DNA of 64,000 nt, taken from positions 10,242,894 to 10,306,893 of the forward strand of contig CM082589.2 in the NCBI GenBank assembly GCA_040954595.2. Reading direction: 5' to 3'. Within the stretch, counting starts at the first letter, position 1, and every line of letters begins with the position of its first letter. This DNA comes from Balanoglossus misakiensis. Its lineage: Eukaryota > Animalia > Hemichordata. The notes beneath the pieces were generated by a model. That model saw only the letters and a list, made by a program, of their open reading frames with translations, did not search any database and was not told the origin of the DNA. Shown piece after piece: positions 1-12,658 of the stretch. The position numbers were made by a program, and so were the translations under genes.

Positions 1-3000
1 CAAAAGCACAGTAATTTGACATTGCGAATGCAACAGTGACATTTAATCTGATTCTTTGCATTAAGGCAAATGGCGAAGCATGCTTGACGATGCATCACAG
101 TAGATAGTGATGCAAACACTTCGCTTAGACATGGGTATAAAAAGCATATAGGGATTTCAAATAGATTATAAATCCCTGTGTTAATACGTGTCCAAAAGCA
201 CTGTAATTTGACATTGCTTATGCAATGGTGACACTATATCTGATTCTTTGCATCAGGGCAAATGGCGAAGCAGCTTGATGATGCATCAGGATAGATGGTG
301 ATGCAAGCTCTGCACTTTGACATGGGGATTAAATGCATGCTGAGGGGGATTTAAAGTTGTCAAAACAAACTTGATGATGCATCAGGGTAGATGGTATTTC
401 AAGCCCTTCACATTGACATTGGAATATAACGCATATGGGGATTTAAAGTTGATTGTAAATCCCCAGGTTGATACGTGGCCATAAGCACTGTAGTTTGACA
501 TTGCTAATGCTACCGTGACATTAAATCTGATTCTTTCCATCGGGGTAAATTGTGAAGCAAGCTTGATGATGCATCAGGACAGATGGTGTTTCAAGCCCTT
601 CACATTGACAATGGAATATAACGCATATGGGGATTTAAAGTTGATTGAAAATCCCTAGGTTAATACATGGCCAAAAGCACTGTAATTTACAATTGCAAAT
701 GCAATGGTGACATTGAATGTCATTCTTTGCATTAGGGGAAATGGCGTAGCGAGCATAATGGTGCATCAGAGTAGATGGTGATGCAAGCTATGCATTGTGA
801 CATAGGTATTTAATGCCTATGCATGGGTATTTAATGTTGACTGTAAATCCCCAGGTTAATACATGTCCAAAAGCACTGTAATTTAAAATTGCTAATGCAA
901 GGGTGATATTGAATCTGATTCTTTGCATCAGGGCAAATTCTGAAGAATGCTTGATGATGCACCAGGGTCAATGATGATGCAATCACTAAACTTTGACACC
1001 GGGGTTTAAAATGTATACAGGGGGATTAAAAGTTGACTGTAAATCCCCAGGTTTCAAGCCCTTCACATTGACATTGGAATATAACGCATACGGGGATTTA
1101 AAGTTGATTATAAATCCCCAGGTTAATACATGGCCAAAAGCAATGGTGACATTGAATGTGATTCTTTGCATTAGGGGAAATGGCGTAGCAAGCCTAATGG
1201 TGCATCAGAGTAGATGGTGATGCAAGCTCTGCATTTTGACATAGGTATTAAATGTATATGCAAGGGTATTTAAAGTTGTCCGTACATCCCGAGGTTAATA
1301 CGTGGCCATAGGCACTGTAATTTGACATTGCTAATGCTACCGTGATACTAAATCTGATTCTTTGCATCAGGGAAAATGGTGAAGCAAGCTTGATGATGCA
1401 TCAGGATAGATGGTGTTTCAAGCCCTTCACATTGACATTAGAATATAATGCATATGGGGATTTAAAGTTGATTGTAAATCCCCAGGTTAGTAAACGGCCA
1501 AACGAACTGTAATTTGACATTGCTAATGCTACAGTGACATTGAATCTGATTCTTTGCATTAGGGCAAATGGCGAAGCAAGCTTGATGATGCATCACGGTA
1601 GATATTGATGCAAGCACTTCGCTTTGACATAGGTATAAAATTCATATGGGGATTTCAAGTTGATTATAAATCCCTGGGTTAATATGTGGCCGAAAGCACT
1701 TTTATTTGCCATTGCTAATGCTATGGTGACACTGATTATTTGCATCAGGGTTAATGGCGAAACAAACTTGATGATGCATCAGGGTAGATGGTTTTTCAAG
1801 CCCTTCACATTGACATTGGAATATAATGCATATGGGGATTTAAAGTTGACTGTAAATCGCCAGGTTAATACGTGGCCAAAAGCACAGTAATTTGACATTG
1901 CGAATGCAACAGTGACATTTAATGTGATTCTTTGCATTAGGGCAAATGGCGAAGCATGCTTGACGATGCATTACTGTAGATAGTGATGCAAACACTTCGC
2001 TTTGACATGGGTATAAAAAGCATATGGGGATTTCAAGTTGATAATAAATCCCGATGTTTATACATGGCCAAAAGCACTGTAATTTGACATTGCTAATGCA
2101 ATGGTGACATTGAATCTGATTCTTTGCATCAGCGTAAATGGCGAAGCATGCTTGATGATGCATCACAGTAGATAGTGATGCAAACACTTCGCTTAGACAT
2201 GGGTATAAAAAGCATATAGGGATTTCAAGTAGATTATAAATCCCTGTGTTAATACGTGTCCAAAAGCACTGTAATTTGACATTGCTAATGCCATGTTGAC
2301 ATTATATCTGATTCTTTGCATCAGGGCAAATGGGGAAGCAGCTTGATGATGGATCAGGGTAGATGGTATTTCAAGCCCTTCACATTGACATTGGAATATA
2401 ACGCATATGGGGATTTAAAGTTGATTGTAAATCCCCAGGTTAATACGTGGCCATAATCACTGTAATTTGACATTGCTAATGAAATGGTGACGCTGAATGT
2501 GATTTTTTTGCATCAGGGTAAATTGTGAAGCAAGCTTGATGATGCATCAGGATAGATGGTGTTTCAAGCCCTTCACTTGACATTGGAATATAACGCATAT
2601 GGGGATTTAAAGTTAATTGCAAATCCCTAGGTTAATACATGGCCAAAAACACTGTAATTTAAAATTGCTAATGCAATGGTGACATTGAATGTGATTCTTT
2701 GCATCAGGGCAAATGGCGAAGCAGCTTGATGATGCATCAGGATAGATGGTGATGCAAGCTCTGCACTTTGACATAGGTATTTAATGCATATGCATGGGTA
2801 TTTAAAGTTGTCTGTAAATTCCCAGGTTAATACGTGGCCATAAGCACTGTAATTTGACATTGCTAATGCAACGATGATATTGAATCTGATTCTTTGCATC
2901 AGGGTAAATGGCGATGCAAGCTTGATGATGCATCACGGTAGATAGGGATGCAAACACTTCACTTTGACGTGGGTGTTAAATGCATATGGGGATTTGCTAA

Positions 3001-4730
3001 TGCTACCGTGACACTAAATCTGATTCTTTGCATCAGGGAAAATGGTGAAGCAAGCTTGATGATGCATCAGGATAGATGGTGTTTCAAGCCCTTCACATTG
3101 ACATTAGAATATAATGCATATGGGGATTTAAAGTTGATTGTAAATCCCCAGGTTAGTATACGGCCAAACGAACTGTAATTTGACATTGCTAATGCTACAG
3201 TGACATTGAATCTGATTCTTTGCATTAGGGCAAATGGCGAAGCAAGCTTGATGATGCATCACGGTAGATATTGATGCAAGCACTTCGCTTTGACATGGGT
3301 ATAAAATTCATATGGGGATTTCAAGTTGATTATAAATCCCTGGGTTAATATGTGGCCGAAAACACTTTTATTTGCCATTGCTAATGCTATGGCGACACTA
3401 AATCTGATTCTTTGCATCAGGGTAAATTGTAAAGAAAGCTTGATGATGCATCAGTATAGATGGTGTTTCAAGCCGTTCAAGTTAACATTGCAATATAATG
3501 CATATGGGGATTTAAAGTTGATTGTAAACCCCCAAGTTAATACATGGCCAAACGCTCAGTAAATTGACATTGCTAATGCTATGGTGGCACTGATTATTTG
3601 CATCAGGGTTAATGGCGAAACAAACTTGATGATGCATCAGGGTAGATGGTATTTCAAGCCCTTCACATTGACATTGGCATATAATGCATATGGGGATTTA
3701 AAGTTGAGTGTAAATCCCTAGGTTAATACATAGCCAAAAGCACTGTAATTTGACATGGCTAATGCTACTGTGATACTAAATCTGATTCTTTGCACCAGGG
3801 CATATAACGAAGCATGCTTGATGATGCATCAGGATCAATGGTGATGGAGACACTGCACTTTGACATGTGTATTTAATGCATATGCACTGATGTTTAAAGT
3901 TGACTGTAAATCGCCAGGTTAATATGTGGCCAAAAGCACAGTAATTTGACATTGCGAATGCAATGGTGACATTGAATCTGATTCTTTGCATTACGGCAAA
4001 TGGCGAAGCATGCTTGACGATGCATTACTGTAGATAGTGATGCAAACACTTCGCTTTGACATGGGTATAAAAAGCATATGGGGATTTCAAGTTGATTATA
4101 AATCCCGATGTTAATACATGGCCAAAAGCAGTGTAATTTGACATTGCTAATGCAATGGTGACACTACATCTGATTCTTTGCATCAGGGCAAATGGCGAAG
4201 CAGCTTGATGATGCATCAGGATAGATGGTGATGCAAGCTCTGCACTTTGACATGGGTATAAAATGCTTGCTGAGGGGGATTTAAAGTTGTCGAAACAAAC
4301 TTGATGATGCATCAGGGTCGATGGTATTTCAAGCCCTTCACATTGACATTGGAATATAGTGCATATGGGGATTTAAAGTTGATTGTAAATCCCCAGGTTA
4401 ATACCTGGCCAAAAGCACTGTAATTTGACATTGCTAATGCAATGGTGACACTATATCTGATTCTTTGCATCAGGGCAAATGGCGAAGCAGCTTGATGATG
4501 CATCAGGATAGATGGTGATGCAAGCTCTGCACTTTGACATGGGTATAAAATGCTTGCTGAAGGGGATTTAAAGTTGTCGAAACAAACTTGATGATGCATC
4601 AGGGTAGATGGTATTTCAAGCCCTTCACATTGACATTGGAATATGGTGCATATGTGGATTTAAAGTTGATTGTAAATCCCCAGGTTAATACGTGGCCAAA
4701 AGCACTGTAATTTGACATTTCTAATGATGG
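1..4730. repeat. Satellite DNA, ~192-bp monomer with diverged variants and truncated units; runs off the left window edge
   Basis: Motif CAAAAGCACTGTAATTTGACATTGCTAATGC...GATGATGCATCAGG...GGGGATTTAAAGTTG...CCAGGTTAATAC recurs at 1, 193, 480, 672, 868 and onward, mostly 192-196 bp apart, with 287-bp steps where a truncated unit intervenes. The short ORFs here are repeated translations of the same unit. Confidence 0.95.
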
Positions 4731-4864
4731 TGAGATGTTGTTTGCTCCCCAGGGAGTTGAATGGAATAGTAAGGTCCAACGACCTAGGTCAAATTACCAT
4801 GGGACAACTTTAAAGCATGTTGAGATTTAATGTGCTACATAAGTTATAAATATTATATTAATAT

Positions 4865-5500
4865 TTAGGGGTTATTACACGAATTTTGGTCGATAACGCG
4901 TCGTATTCGAGTGATGTCCGTATTTTGATGAGTTGCGCTTCGCAACGAGTCAAAATACAGACATCACGAGAATGCGTCGCGTTATCGACCAAAATTCGTG
5001 TAATAACCTCTTTATCATACATGCCTACCTATAAAACAGTACGATTTGCAGAAATGCGCCGAGAAAAATAATTTCAAATTTGAACCGGGCGCTGGGATCA
5101 CGGCAGTAGCCATGTTGTGACGTATGACGTGTGGGCCGTAGTATCATTTTAAGGGGGTTGGCAGCTTTCATTACGATGGGCACATCCACATTCTAAATAA
5201 AATTGTCTACGTTCTCTTTCAAAATATCATGTTAACAATTATTTTGCATTGAGAATTTCGAAGAACTAAAAATGATGCATTCAACATGACTAAACCGCCA
5301 GCTTTGAAAACTTTATTACAGCTTCTAATAACCGAATTTTACAACACCCCTCTCCACTATGCCCCGTGTGTCGCTCGCGCGCGCAGTGAACTGTCACGCC
5401 GAGACGTGGACGCGATATTTTCACATTGTGAAATACCGTAAAATATCTTCGGGGCGAGAACAATAGAAAGTGTTAAATACAGGCGTTGCATGTATGATAA
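4865..5500. mobile_element. Non-autonomous ~636-bp element with a long terminal hairpin and a subterminal inverted repeat (possibly Crypton-type)
   Basis: It interrupts the SINE tail ...TATTAATAT|TATTACATAAAC, which is intact at ~7495 and ~21420. Near-perfect palindrome at 4870-5008. TTATCATACATGC (5012-5024) is inverted at the far end (GCATGTATGATAA, 5488-5500). No clear TSD. The family assignment is inference. Confidence 0.7.
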
Positions 5501-5614
5501 TATTACATAAACAACACTCTTACTTAGCTAAGGAAGTGGTCAGATGAAATATATTTGCAGAGCTGACCAATTCTTTAAGGAAAATTAAAGTTGGGTATTT
5601 TGGATGTATTCATA

Positions 5615-6460
5615 CCTACAAACTGTGTTATGTATGGGACGTTGATGTTGCCTAATACGTCTCCACATTAACTTGAATTATTAACAGCAGCTATACAAGG
5701 CAGCGTATGGAAAGATCATTGTAAGACATACACAACACTTTTATGGAGCATGGGAAATGTTCATGAGAACTGTGTTCTCGGAGCTCAAAACTGTGTTATG
5801 AGAAATTCAAGCTGCTAAACTTGCGTGTCTCTAAATTTACTGAAACCGTGATAATGAGCAAAAGAAGGCAACGTATAGGAATGCCATTCTACCACATACT
5901 GTTACTCAACACTTCTATTAAGCATGGGAAATAGTATTGAGAACAGTATTCTCAAAGTTGACAAACTGTGTTATGTGTAGAATATCCAAATTGCCTAATT
6001 GGCAATCGTTAGCAACCAGTTGTCTTCAAGAGGGTTTGGGGCACCAACCTCAACATGCTTTAAGTCTTTAGTGATCTAGCAAGTTAGCCTGCATATCGAG
6101 CAACTGTTAATGGAGTGAGTTGCTCAATGATAGGAAACTCCTTTGTTCATTTTCAAAATAAAAACCAAAAATGTGAACAAAAAAAATGAATTATGTATGG
6201 GATATATGGGATTGCCTAATTTGCGTGTCTCCACATTTACTTAAACTCTCACAGGGAGACAAATGTCACAGCAGACGGAAAAATGATTATGCCACACACA
6301 GCACTTTTATTTAGCACGGGAACTGGTCTTGGGAAATGGGAGCTGACACACTGAATTTTTGGAAATTCAAAGAGCCTAATATGCATGTTTCCATATTTGC
6401 TTAAACCCTGACTGAGAGCTGAACAAGGCACTAAATGGAAAGGTCATTGTGCCACATAAA
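5615..6460. repeat. Old, degenerate ~170-bp tandem repeat; further copies at ~7680-8000, ~21600-22090 and ~25700-25820
   Basis: Recurring AAACTGTGTTATG...TTGCCTAATTTGCGTGTCTCCACATTTAC...CACACAACACTTTTATT...GGGAAATG at ~5620, 5788, 5963, ~6190 and ~6350. Confidence 0.7.
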
Positions 6461-6803
6461 GTCATAGTCCAGTCGTTAGAGCATCAGACCCATAATCAAA
6501 GAATCAAGGGTTTGATCCCTGGCATGGTTGTGGTGTTGTGGTGTTTACATCTCCTTGCCTCTCCCCGCCCATAAGAAAAGGTAATTTGGTGGATCCGATA
6601 TTGTAATGAGTATGTTTAGGTCTGCTGTGCTGATATAAAAGCTGCACATGTGAGCTGTTGTTTGCTCCCCATGGAGTGGGATGGAATATTTTAGGTCCAC
6701 CGACCTAGGTCAAATTACCATGGGAAACACTTTGAAGCAGCACATTGAGATTTATTGTGTAATGTGCTATATAAGTAATAAATATTATATTGATATCATT
6801 ACA
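6461..6803 (+). mobile_element. tRNA-derived SINE, copy 1 (small internal deletion)
   Basis: Pol III A-box-like TAGTCCAGTCGTTAGAGC and B-box-like GGTTTGATCCC. LINE-like 3' tail AAGCAGCACATTGAG...AATGTGCTATATAAG followed by a (TAT)-rich end. Nearly identical to 24521-24875. Confidence 0.75.
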
Positions 6804-6874
6804 TAAACAACACTCTTACTTAGCAAAGGAAGTGGTCAGGTGAACTATATTCGCAGAGCTGACCAATTGTTTAA

Positions 6875-7205
6875 AGGGGCAAAGTCTCTCTTTCGCCACC
6901 ATTGTTCAATTAAGTTTGATACATGAACCCATTTATGTTATTCTACATGTGGCTATATAGTGAATCAACATTCAACCAACAACTTTCATCCCGTTTGTAG
7001 AATCTGAGAGTAAAAATCTCGCAAAAATGAATAAATGGTAAACACCGATTATTCATTTTGGCGAGTTTTTTCATTCTTGTGTGTACAAGTGGGGTGGAAG
7101 TTGTGTTTGGTCGAACATTGATTCACTATACAGCCAACATAAACGATGTCTTGTATCAAACATAATTAATGGTAAAAAGGGCAGCGAGAGAGACACTTTG
7201 TCCCT
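6875..7205. mobile_element. Kolobok-type fold-back MITE, 331 bp, TTAA TSD
   Basis: TTAA|AGGGGCAAAG...CTTTGTCCCT|TTAA. The whole element is an imperfect palindrome. The empty site CCAATTCTTTAAGGAAAATT is at 5567-5586. The arms match the left end of the coding Kolobok at 8956. Confidence 0.9.
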
Positions 7206-7289
7206 TTAAGTAAAATTCAAGTTGTGTAATGTGGACATATTCACATTTACAAACTGTTTTATAGTCACATGGGGATTAAATGCATATGC

Positions 7290-8955
7290 ATGTGTATTTA
7301 AAGTTAACTGTAAATCCCCAGGTTAATACGTGGCCAAAAGCACTGTAATTTGACATTTCTAAAGATGGTGAGATGTTGTTTGCTCCCCAGGGAGTTGAAT
7401 GGAATATTTATGTCCAACGACCTAAATCAAATGACCATGGGACAACTTTAAAGCACATTGAGATTTAATGTGCTACATACGTTATAAATATTATATTAAT
7501 ATTATTACATAAAAAACACTCTTGCTTAGCAAAGGAAGTGGTCAGGTGAAAAATATTTGCACAGCTGACCAATTATTTAAGGAATATTAAAGTTGGGTAA
7601 TTTGGACGTATTCATACGGGTGTTGGTCAATGGAAAGTCCTTTGTTCATTTTCAAAATGGCAACCAAAAATGCGAACAAAACACACTGAATTCTGTACGG
7701 GATATTGATGTTGCCTAATTTGCGTGTTTCCACATTTACTTAAACTCTCACACGGAGACAAAAATGTCACAGCAAACGGAAAAATGACTATGCTACACAC
7801 AACACTTTTATTGATCATGGGAAATGTTCATGAGAATTGTGTTATGGTACTTTTCGGGGCTCACGAACTGTGTTATGGGAAATCTGACAAGGAATCTAAA
7901 CTGTACCACATACACAACACTTTTATTAAGCGTGGGACATGGTCCTGAGAACAATATTCTCAGAGCTGACAAACTGTGTTATGTGAAATTCATGTTGCCT
8001 ATTTCATGATAATGGCTTGTGGTACACAAGGGTTAACAGCAATCAGCAATTGCTTGTATGATAGGTATGATGATCGATTTATAAATTTCAATGGTATAAT
8101 AATGGGCAACACATGTGGAAGTGTTTAATAAACAGTTAACTAATGTGGTGATGGTTTGTGGTAAAATTGAGGGTACACAGATTATAATGGGCCAAAACAA
8201 TGAATATAATAGAGGTTGATGATGGTGAAGGGTTTCATATGAATGGTGTAATAAAGGTTAACAAATGTGGTGATAGCTTTGGTGTACAGGGCTGTTGATA
8301 TATTTAGTAATGACAAAGGTATAATAATGATAAAAGCTTAAATAAGTGTTGGGGCACAATCTTCACATTGGTTAATGTGTATATTTTATTAATATCATGC
8401 TATTGTTTATCAGTTAGATCATAATCAGGATTTTTCCATGCACATCGTCACCATGATTCAGCGGAATTCTTCTGAATAGTACCTGTGATCATTTTTCCGC
8501 ACCGACGCATTGTACGCGACAGACATGCAGAAAATATTAACATGTAACTCACAGGCATAATGTTAAATCTAAACGACTGTACGTTAGGTTAGCTTTACCT
8601 CCCCACCCCATCCAAATTCCAAATTTAGCTTGCCATGCAGTTTTCGGGTAGTACCAATTCGGAAACTTTCATGGTTCATTCATCGAACCAAATATTGGAT
8701 TTGACACACTGTGCCATGGGTGGGTAAAGCATGGTGAAATGTTGGCGGTAAACTTTAACCAGGCAGGTCACATGAAATGAAGATATTATCCTTTGAGTTT
8801 GATGACATACATGATAAGATATGTCAGTTTTGACACCTTTTTGCAGACATAGATGCTGATGTATTTTTTCCATTGGACACAGTAGTCAAAGTCCAGTCTG
8901 TGTTTAAAATGATACCCTGGTCACACACAGTGAGAAATATCAGCCTTTGACTTAA
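7290..8955 (+). repeat. Segmental duplication, copy A (satellite fragment + SINE tail + 170-bp repeat + AT-rich tract)
   Basis: Collinear and highly similar to ~21220-23055. Copy B has ~155 extra bp near 21900-22050. Confidence 0.9.
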
Positions 8956-11030
8956 AGGGACAAAGTCTCTCTCTTTTTGCCTTTTTTCCATTACTTTTGA
9001 TTCATTCAAGACACTGTGTATGTTATTTTAAATGTTGATATATAGTGAATCAACGTTCGACCACACACAAGTTCCATCCCGCTTGTAGACACGAGAGTAA
9101 AAAAATCACCAAAATGAATAATCGTTCTTTACCATTTATTCGAGCGCGGACGCGGGCCGGGCTTCGATCTTTACCAATGTGCGCATGTGCAAGGGTATAT
9201 ACACAAAATGAAACGTCATACATATAATTATAGCTGTAGCGACAGTCATGGCGGATGCTTTGGCGTCTGTTCCCAGTAGCAGTGGTAAACGTAAACGTGC
9301 TCGTGGCCGCCCACAAACCACTGCTTCGGCAAAAAAACGTAAACAATTGCTGAAACAAGTAGGTCAGATAAACATTTTCTCGGAAATTCATCGTTGGAAT
9401 GAAATCAAACGCTCCTTGGTATTGGAAACGAACCGCCAGGTCGCAAAGGTACTGATCGACCGGTAAGTACATATTCGTGCATTCACTGTGTACGTACTCC
9501 ATAGCCAAAGATACGGCATGAATTGTGTACATGAATTTAGAATCTGTGTCTCACAGAATCACTGCGAGCATCATCTCAATGTAATTCTAAATGTGCTGTT
9601 TCAAGTCGTATTTCACTTAGTGATTTTGCCCAGCGCATACCTCGCCCTCGACCAGCAGTTGTATGTAGTACGCTGGACCGTTTGTATCAATGTATGACTA
9701 TGCGAGATAAATTGTACGGTACTGCAATTTTTTTTTTTTTTCTTTTTTTTCCTCCGGACAATCTACATGTATTACTGTTATCGAACATACGAGACAATAT
9801 GCTTTTAGCGGAATTTGGTTGTTCTTTGTTCAGCTACAACTTCCGTTTTGTTATAGCCAGTTGTGTACATTTCTTGAGCTGTATATGAACTGAAGAAAAA
9901 TTTGGCTATTTTCTCGTAGTTATCTTATTCTCACCTTACGTGTCTGTAACCTGTCCTCTGAGGCAAATTATGGCTGTGTGTAATCCCTTCTAAAGACAGA
10001 AATTGGCTACGTAAACAAGCCATTGTAAAGGCAAAAAAGGTTCATTGTGTCTTATTATTTGTGTGGACAGGTATTATGAACATCAAGTTACAGCAACAAC
10101 AGATGCAGAATTTACCAGGCCTGCATCATCTCCAAGTGGCCAAGAAACACTGCAAGTATTTGCACCGTCTATGGAAACTAGGTACCAAATAAATTTTGAT
10201 CATGATACTTTGAGCTTTGTATAGTACACAATAGATTTTCATATTTGATGGGGCTCTTGCAGTATACATGATGTATATTGTTTTAAAGAGGTGACATGTT
10301 TTTATGGCTCATGAAAAGTAATTGTGTCCGTAATATAATTTATAGAAATGAAACAATGAAATGTTGCATTCCACATAGTTATCTGTGTGATAGATGGGAA
10401 TACCTAAAAGTATATATTTGTTTCTTAAAATTTATAGGCAACGTGATGATCAAGGACAAGCCACCCAAACATTTCCTATGACATCAACGCCAGGAAATGG
10501 CCATCTTTGTGATATCGAAAAAAATTTAGAAGAATTAGTTGCATCAGAAATATCATCAGTCAGGTAGGTGTTTAAGCACTGTTTTTTTACATTACATGAT
10601 AATTTCAATGCTTCTAGCCACAATCTGTAGTATGAGGAAAAGCCTCTGCTCAAACTCTCAGGTGACAATAATCAACATAACAATGGCGAAGTATACCTGA
10701 CATTTGCCCTCCAATAAACAACCAAAATCATCCTATACAATTTATTCAGTGTGTTGACCAAGACATTCACGTCTATGGTTTTAATCCAGCAAACATAGGT
10801 TTTTCACTGCTTACTGGTTGGGGGATTAGGGGGAACTGGAACCTACAACGTTTGTGCAGACCTAGTTTGTCATGTATCAAATTTTAGTCTTTTTTTTCTT
10901 TGTACAGGGTTTCTTCCATCTCTGGAATTGCAGAGATAGATGTTCAGGAGATAGGAGAATCATCACAAGAGAAACCTATGGAATCTACAGAAGGCCCATC
11001 ACAGCCAGTACAAAGTGAAAGGTATGACAC

Positions 11031-11452
11031 TATCTTTTCTTACACTCCCCGTACGCTGGGAGTGTGAGAACAGAGTGTGGGAACAAATTGTTCTCACAAT
11101 CTCACTGAATAGAAAGCTGTATATGACGTGAGTGCTGATTGGTTAACAAAGTGTTCTGTCGCTACGCGCACTAAATGTTATCCAATGGCGCGATGTGTAT
11201 TACAGGCACAGAGACTACAACGTGCCCCCAGACAACAATTCCAGAGTCATTTATTCAATGTTTTTAACGAACTTGGCTAATTTGTGACCGTGTGAGAAAA
11301 AGAATCTCACACACCAAGGACCTGGGATCATATTTCTCACACTCGTCGGGGATATTCTGTCCCACACGAGCCTGCGGCTCGTGTGGGACAGAAAATCCCC
11401 AACTCTTGTGAGAAATGTGATCCCAGGTCCTTGGGAGTGTGAGATTCTATTA
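11031..11452. mobile_element. Non-autonomous ~420-bp hairpin element in Kolobok intron 4 (same architecture as 4865-5500, opposite orientation)
   Basis: A ~145-bp palindrome at ~11302-11446 is centred on CACACGAGCCTGCGGCTCGTGTG. TCTTACACTCCC and GGGAGTGTGAGA motifs at the left end echo the hairpin arms. Boundaries are approximate. Confidence 0.65.
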
Positions 11453-12621
11453 ATCTGAAGATAAACTGTAGTTAGGTAAACTTTTATAGTGAAATGTGGC
11501 TTTCCCCCCTCTTTTGTACCTTTTGTGATAAACATTAATCTCCTGCTTTAGGACAAAAGCAGGAGCGACTGCTTTACATACATGTAAATGTACTAATTTC
11601 TAACTCCCTTGCTTATGCTTGTGTGAATAAGTTATTCTGTGTAGCTATCAACATGAAAATATTTCTTAGAAAGCAAAATGGCAAATGTTTACCAAGCACC
11701 CTAAATTTACTTGTGTGAAACCAAGATAGAGAGGAACCTGTAAAAATAAGCAGTGATGCTGCTGTCCCTGTGTGCCCCTGTCACTTTGTTTCAGAGTTCA
11801 ATTTTCATGTGTGTTATATTTAGTTCACAGCTGTAAATTAGTTCAGTACATATTGCCGTCTCATGTGTGCCTATTTTGTCATTTTTTTCTCCAGCGGCCG
11901 TGTAAGATTTCCAAGAAATTTGTCTGAGTCTTTCATCAATCCATTTGAGTAAGTTTTCCTTATTCTATTGTCATATACGGCATGCATGTATCCCTTGCTT
12001 GAGCAAGCCTTTTCGATTGCTTCTTTTCTCCTGTTACACTAAATTTAAATTTGTTGGGAAAATCAGTTTCATGACATGCATCACGTGTGTCAGAACATTT
12101 GCTTGTACTTAAATTCATGGGAAATGTTTTCTTTCTTTTTTGTGCTTATGAGTGACTATATGTATTTTTAGTGAGCAGCATTGTCCCACTATTCAGATTA
12201 ATTCCTTGGTTTTATTACTACCAGGTTGAGCATTGATATTTCTGAGGAAGACAAAGAGGAAGACATGAACCTATGTGACGATGATGATTATGACTATGAG
12301 CCCAGCTTTGATATTTCTATAATGTAAGTGCGCATTTATCACTATCATCAAAGTTCCTTATTGGATGGGTACACAACAAATGGAAAGCAAAATATCCTCA
12401 TGGTTAAAAAAAGCCTAAGTGTTGGACGCTAAAATTCATATATATGATAAATTTTCTTTTATGAATGAAACATCAACTTACAACATTTGTACTAACAGCT
12501 GACTGACAAACTCTGATGGACAAGTCATGAGCATTGTTAGGATTTTTTGTCCATTTCTCAGAACTAATGGCGTGCAGGTGGTTCCTGCCATTGGTGACGA
12601 CGATATTGAAAGTGACGGTGG

Positions 12622-12656
<35 letters not shown>
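12622..12656 (+). repeat. (GAT)n microsatellite encoding poly-Asp in transposase exon 7
   Basis: About 11 GAT units, in frame with ESDGGDDDDDDDDDDDETP. Confidence 0.9.

Positions 12657-12658
<2 letters not shown>

Noticed and set aside
986-4599. Short ORFs on both strands in the left satellite
   Set aside because: They are translations of the 192-bp monomer, with frequent stops and no protein motifs.
1-4730. CRISPR-like regular repeats (also considered for the 78-bp array)
   Set aside because: There are no unique spacers and no cas genes, the context is eukaryotic, and whole monomers are repeated.
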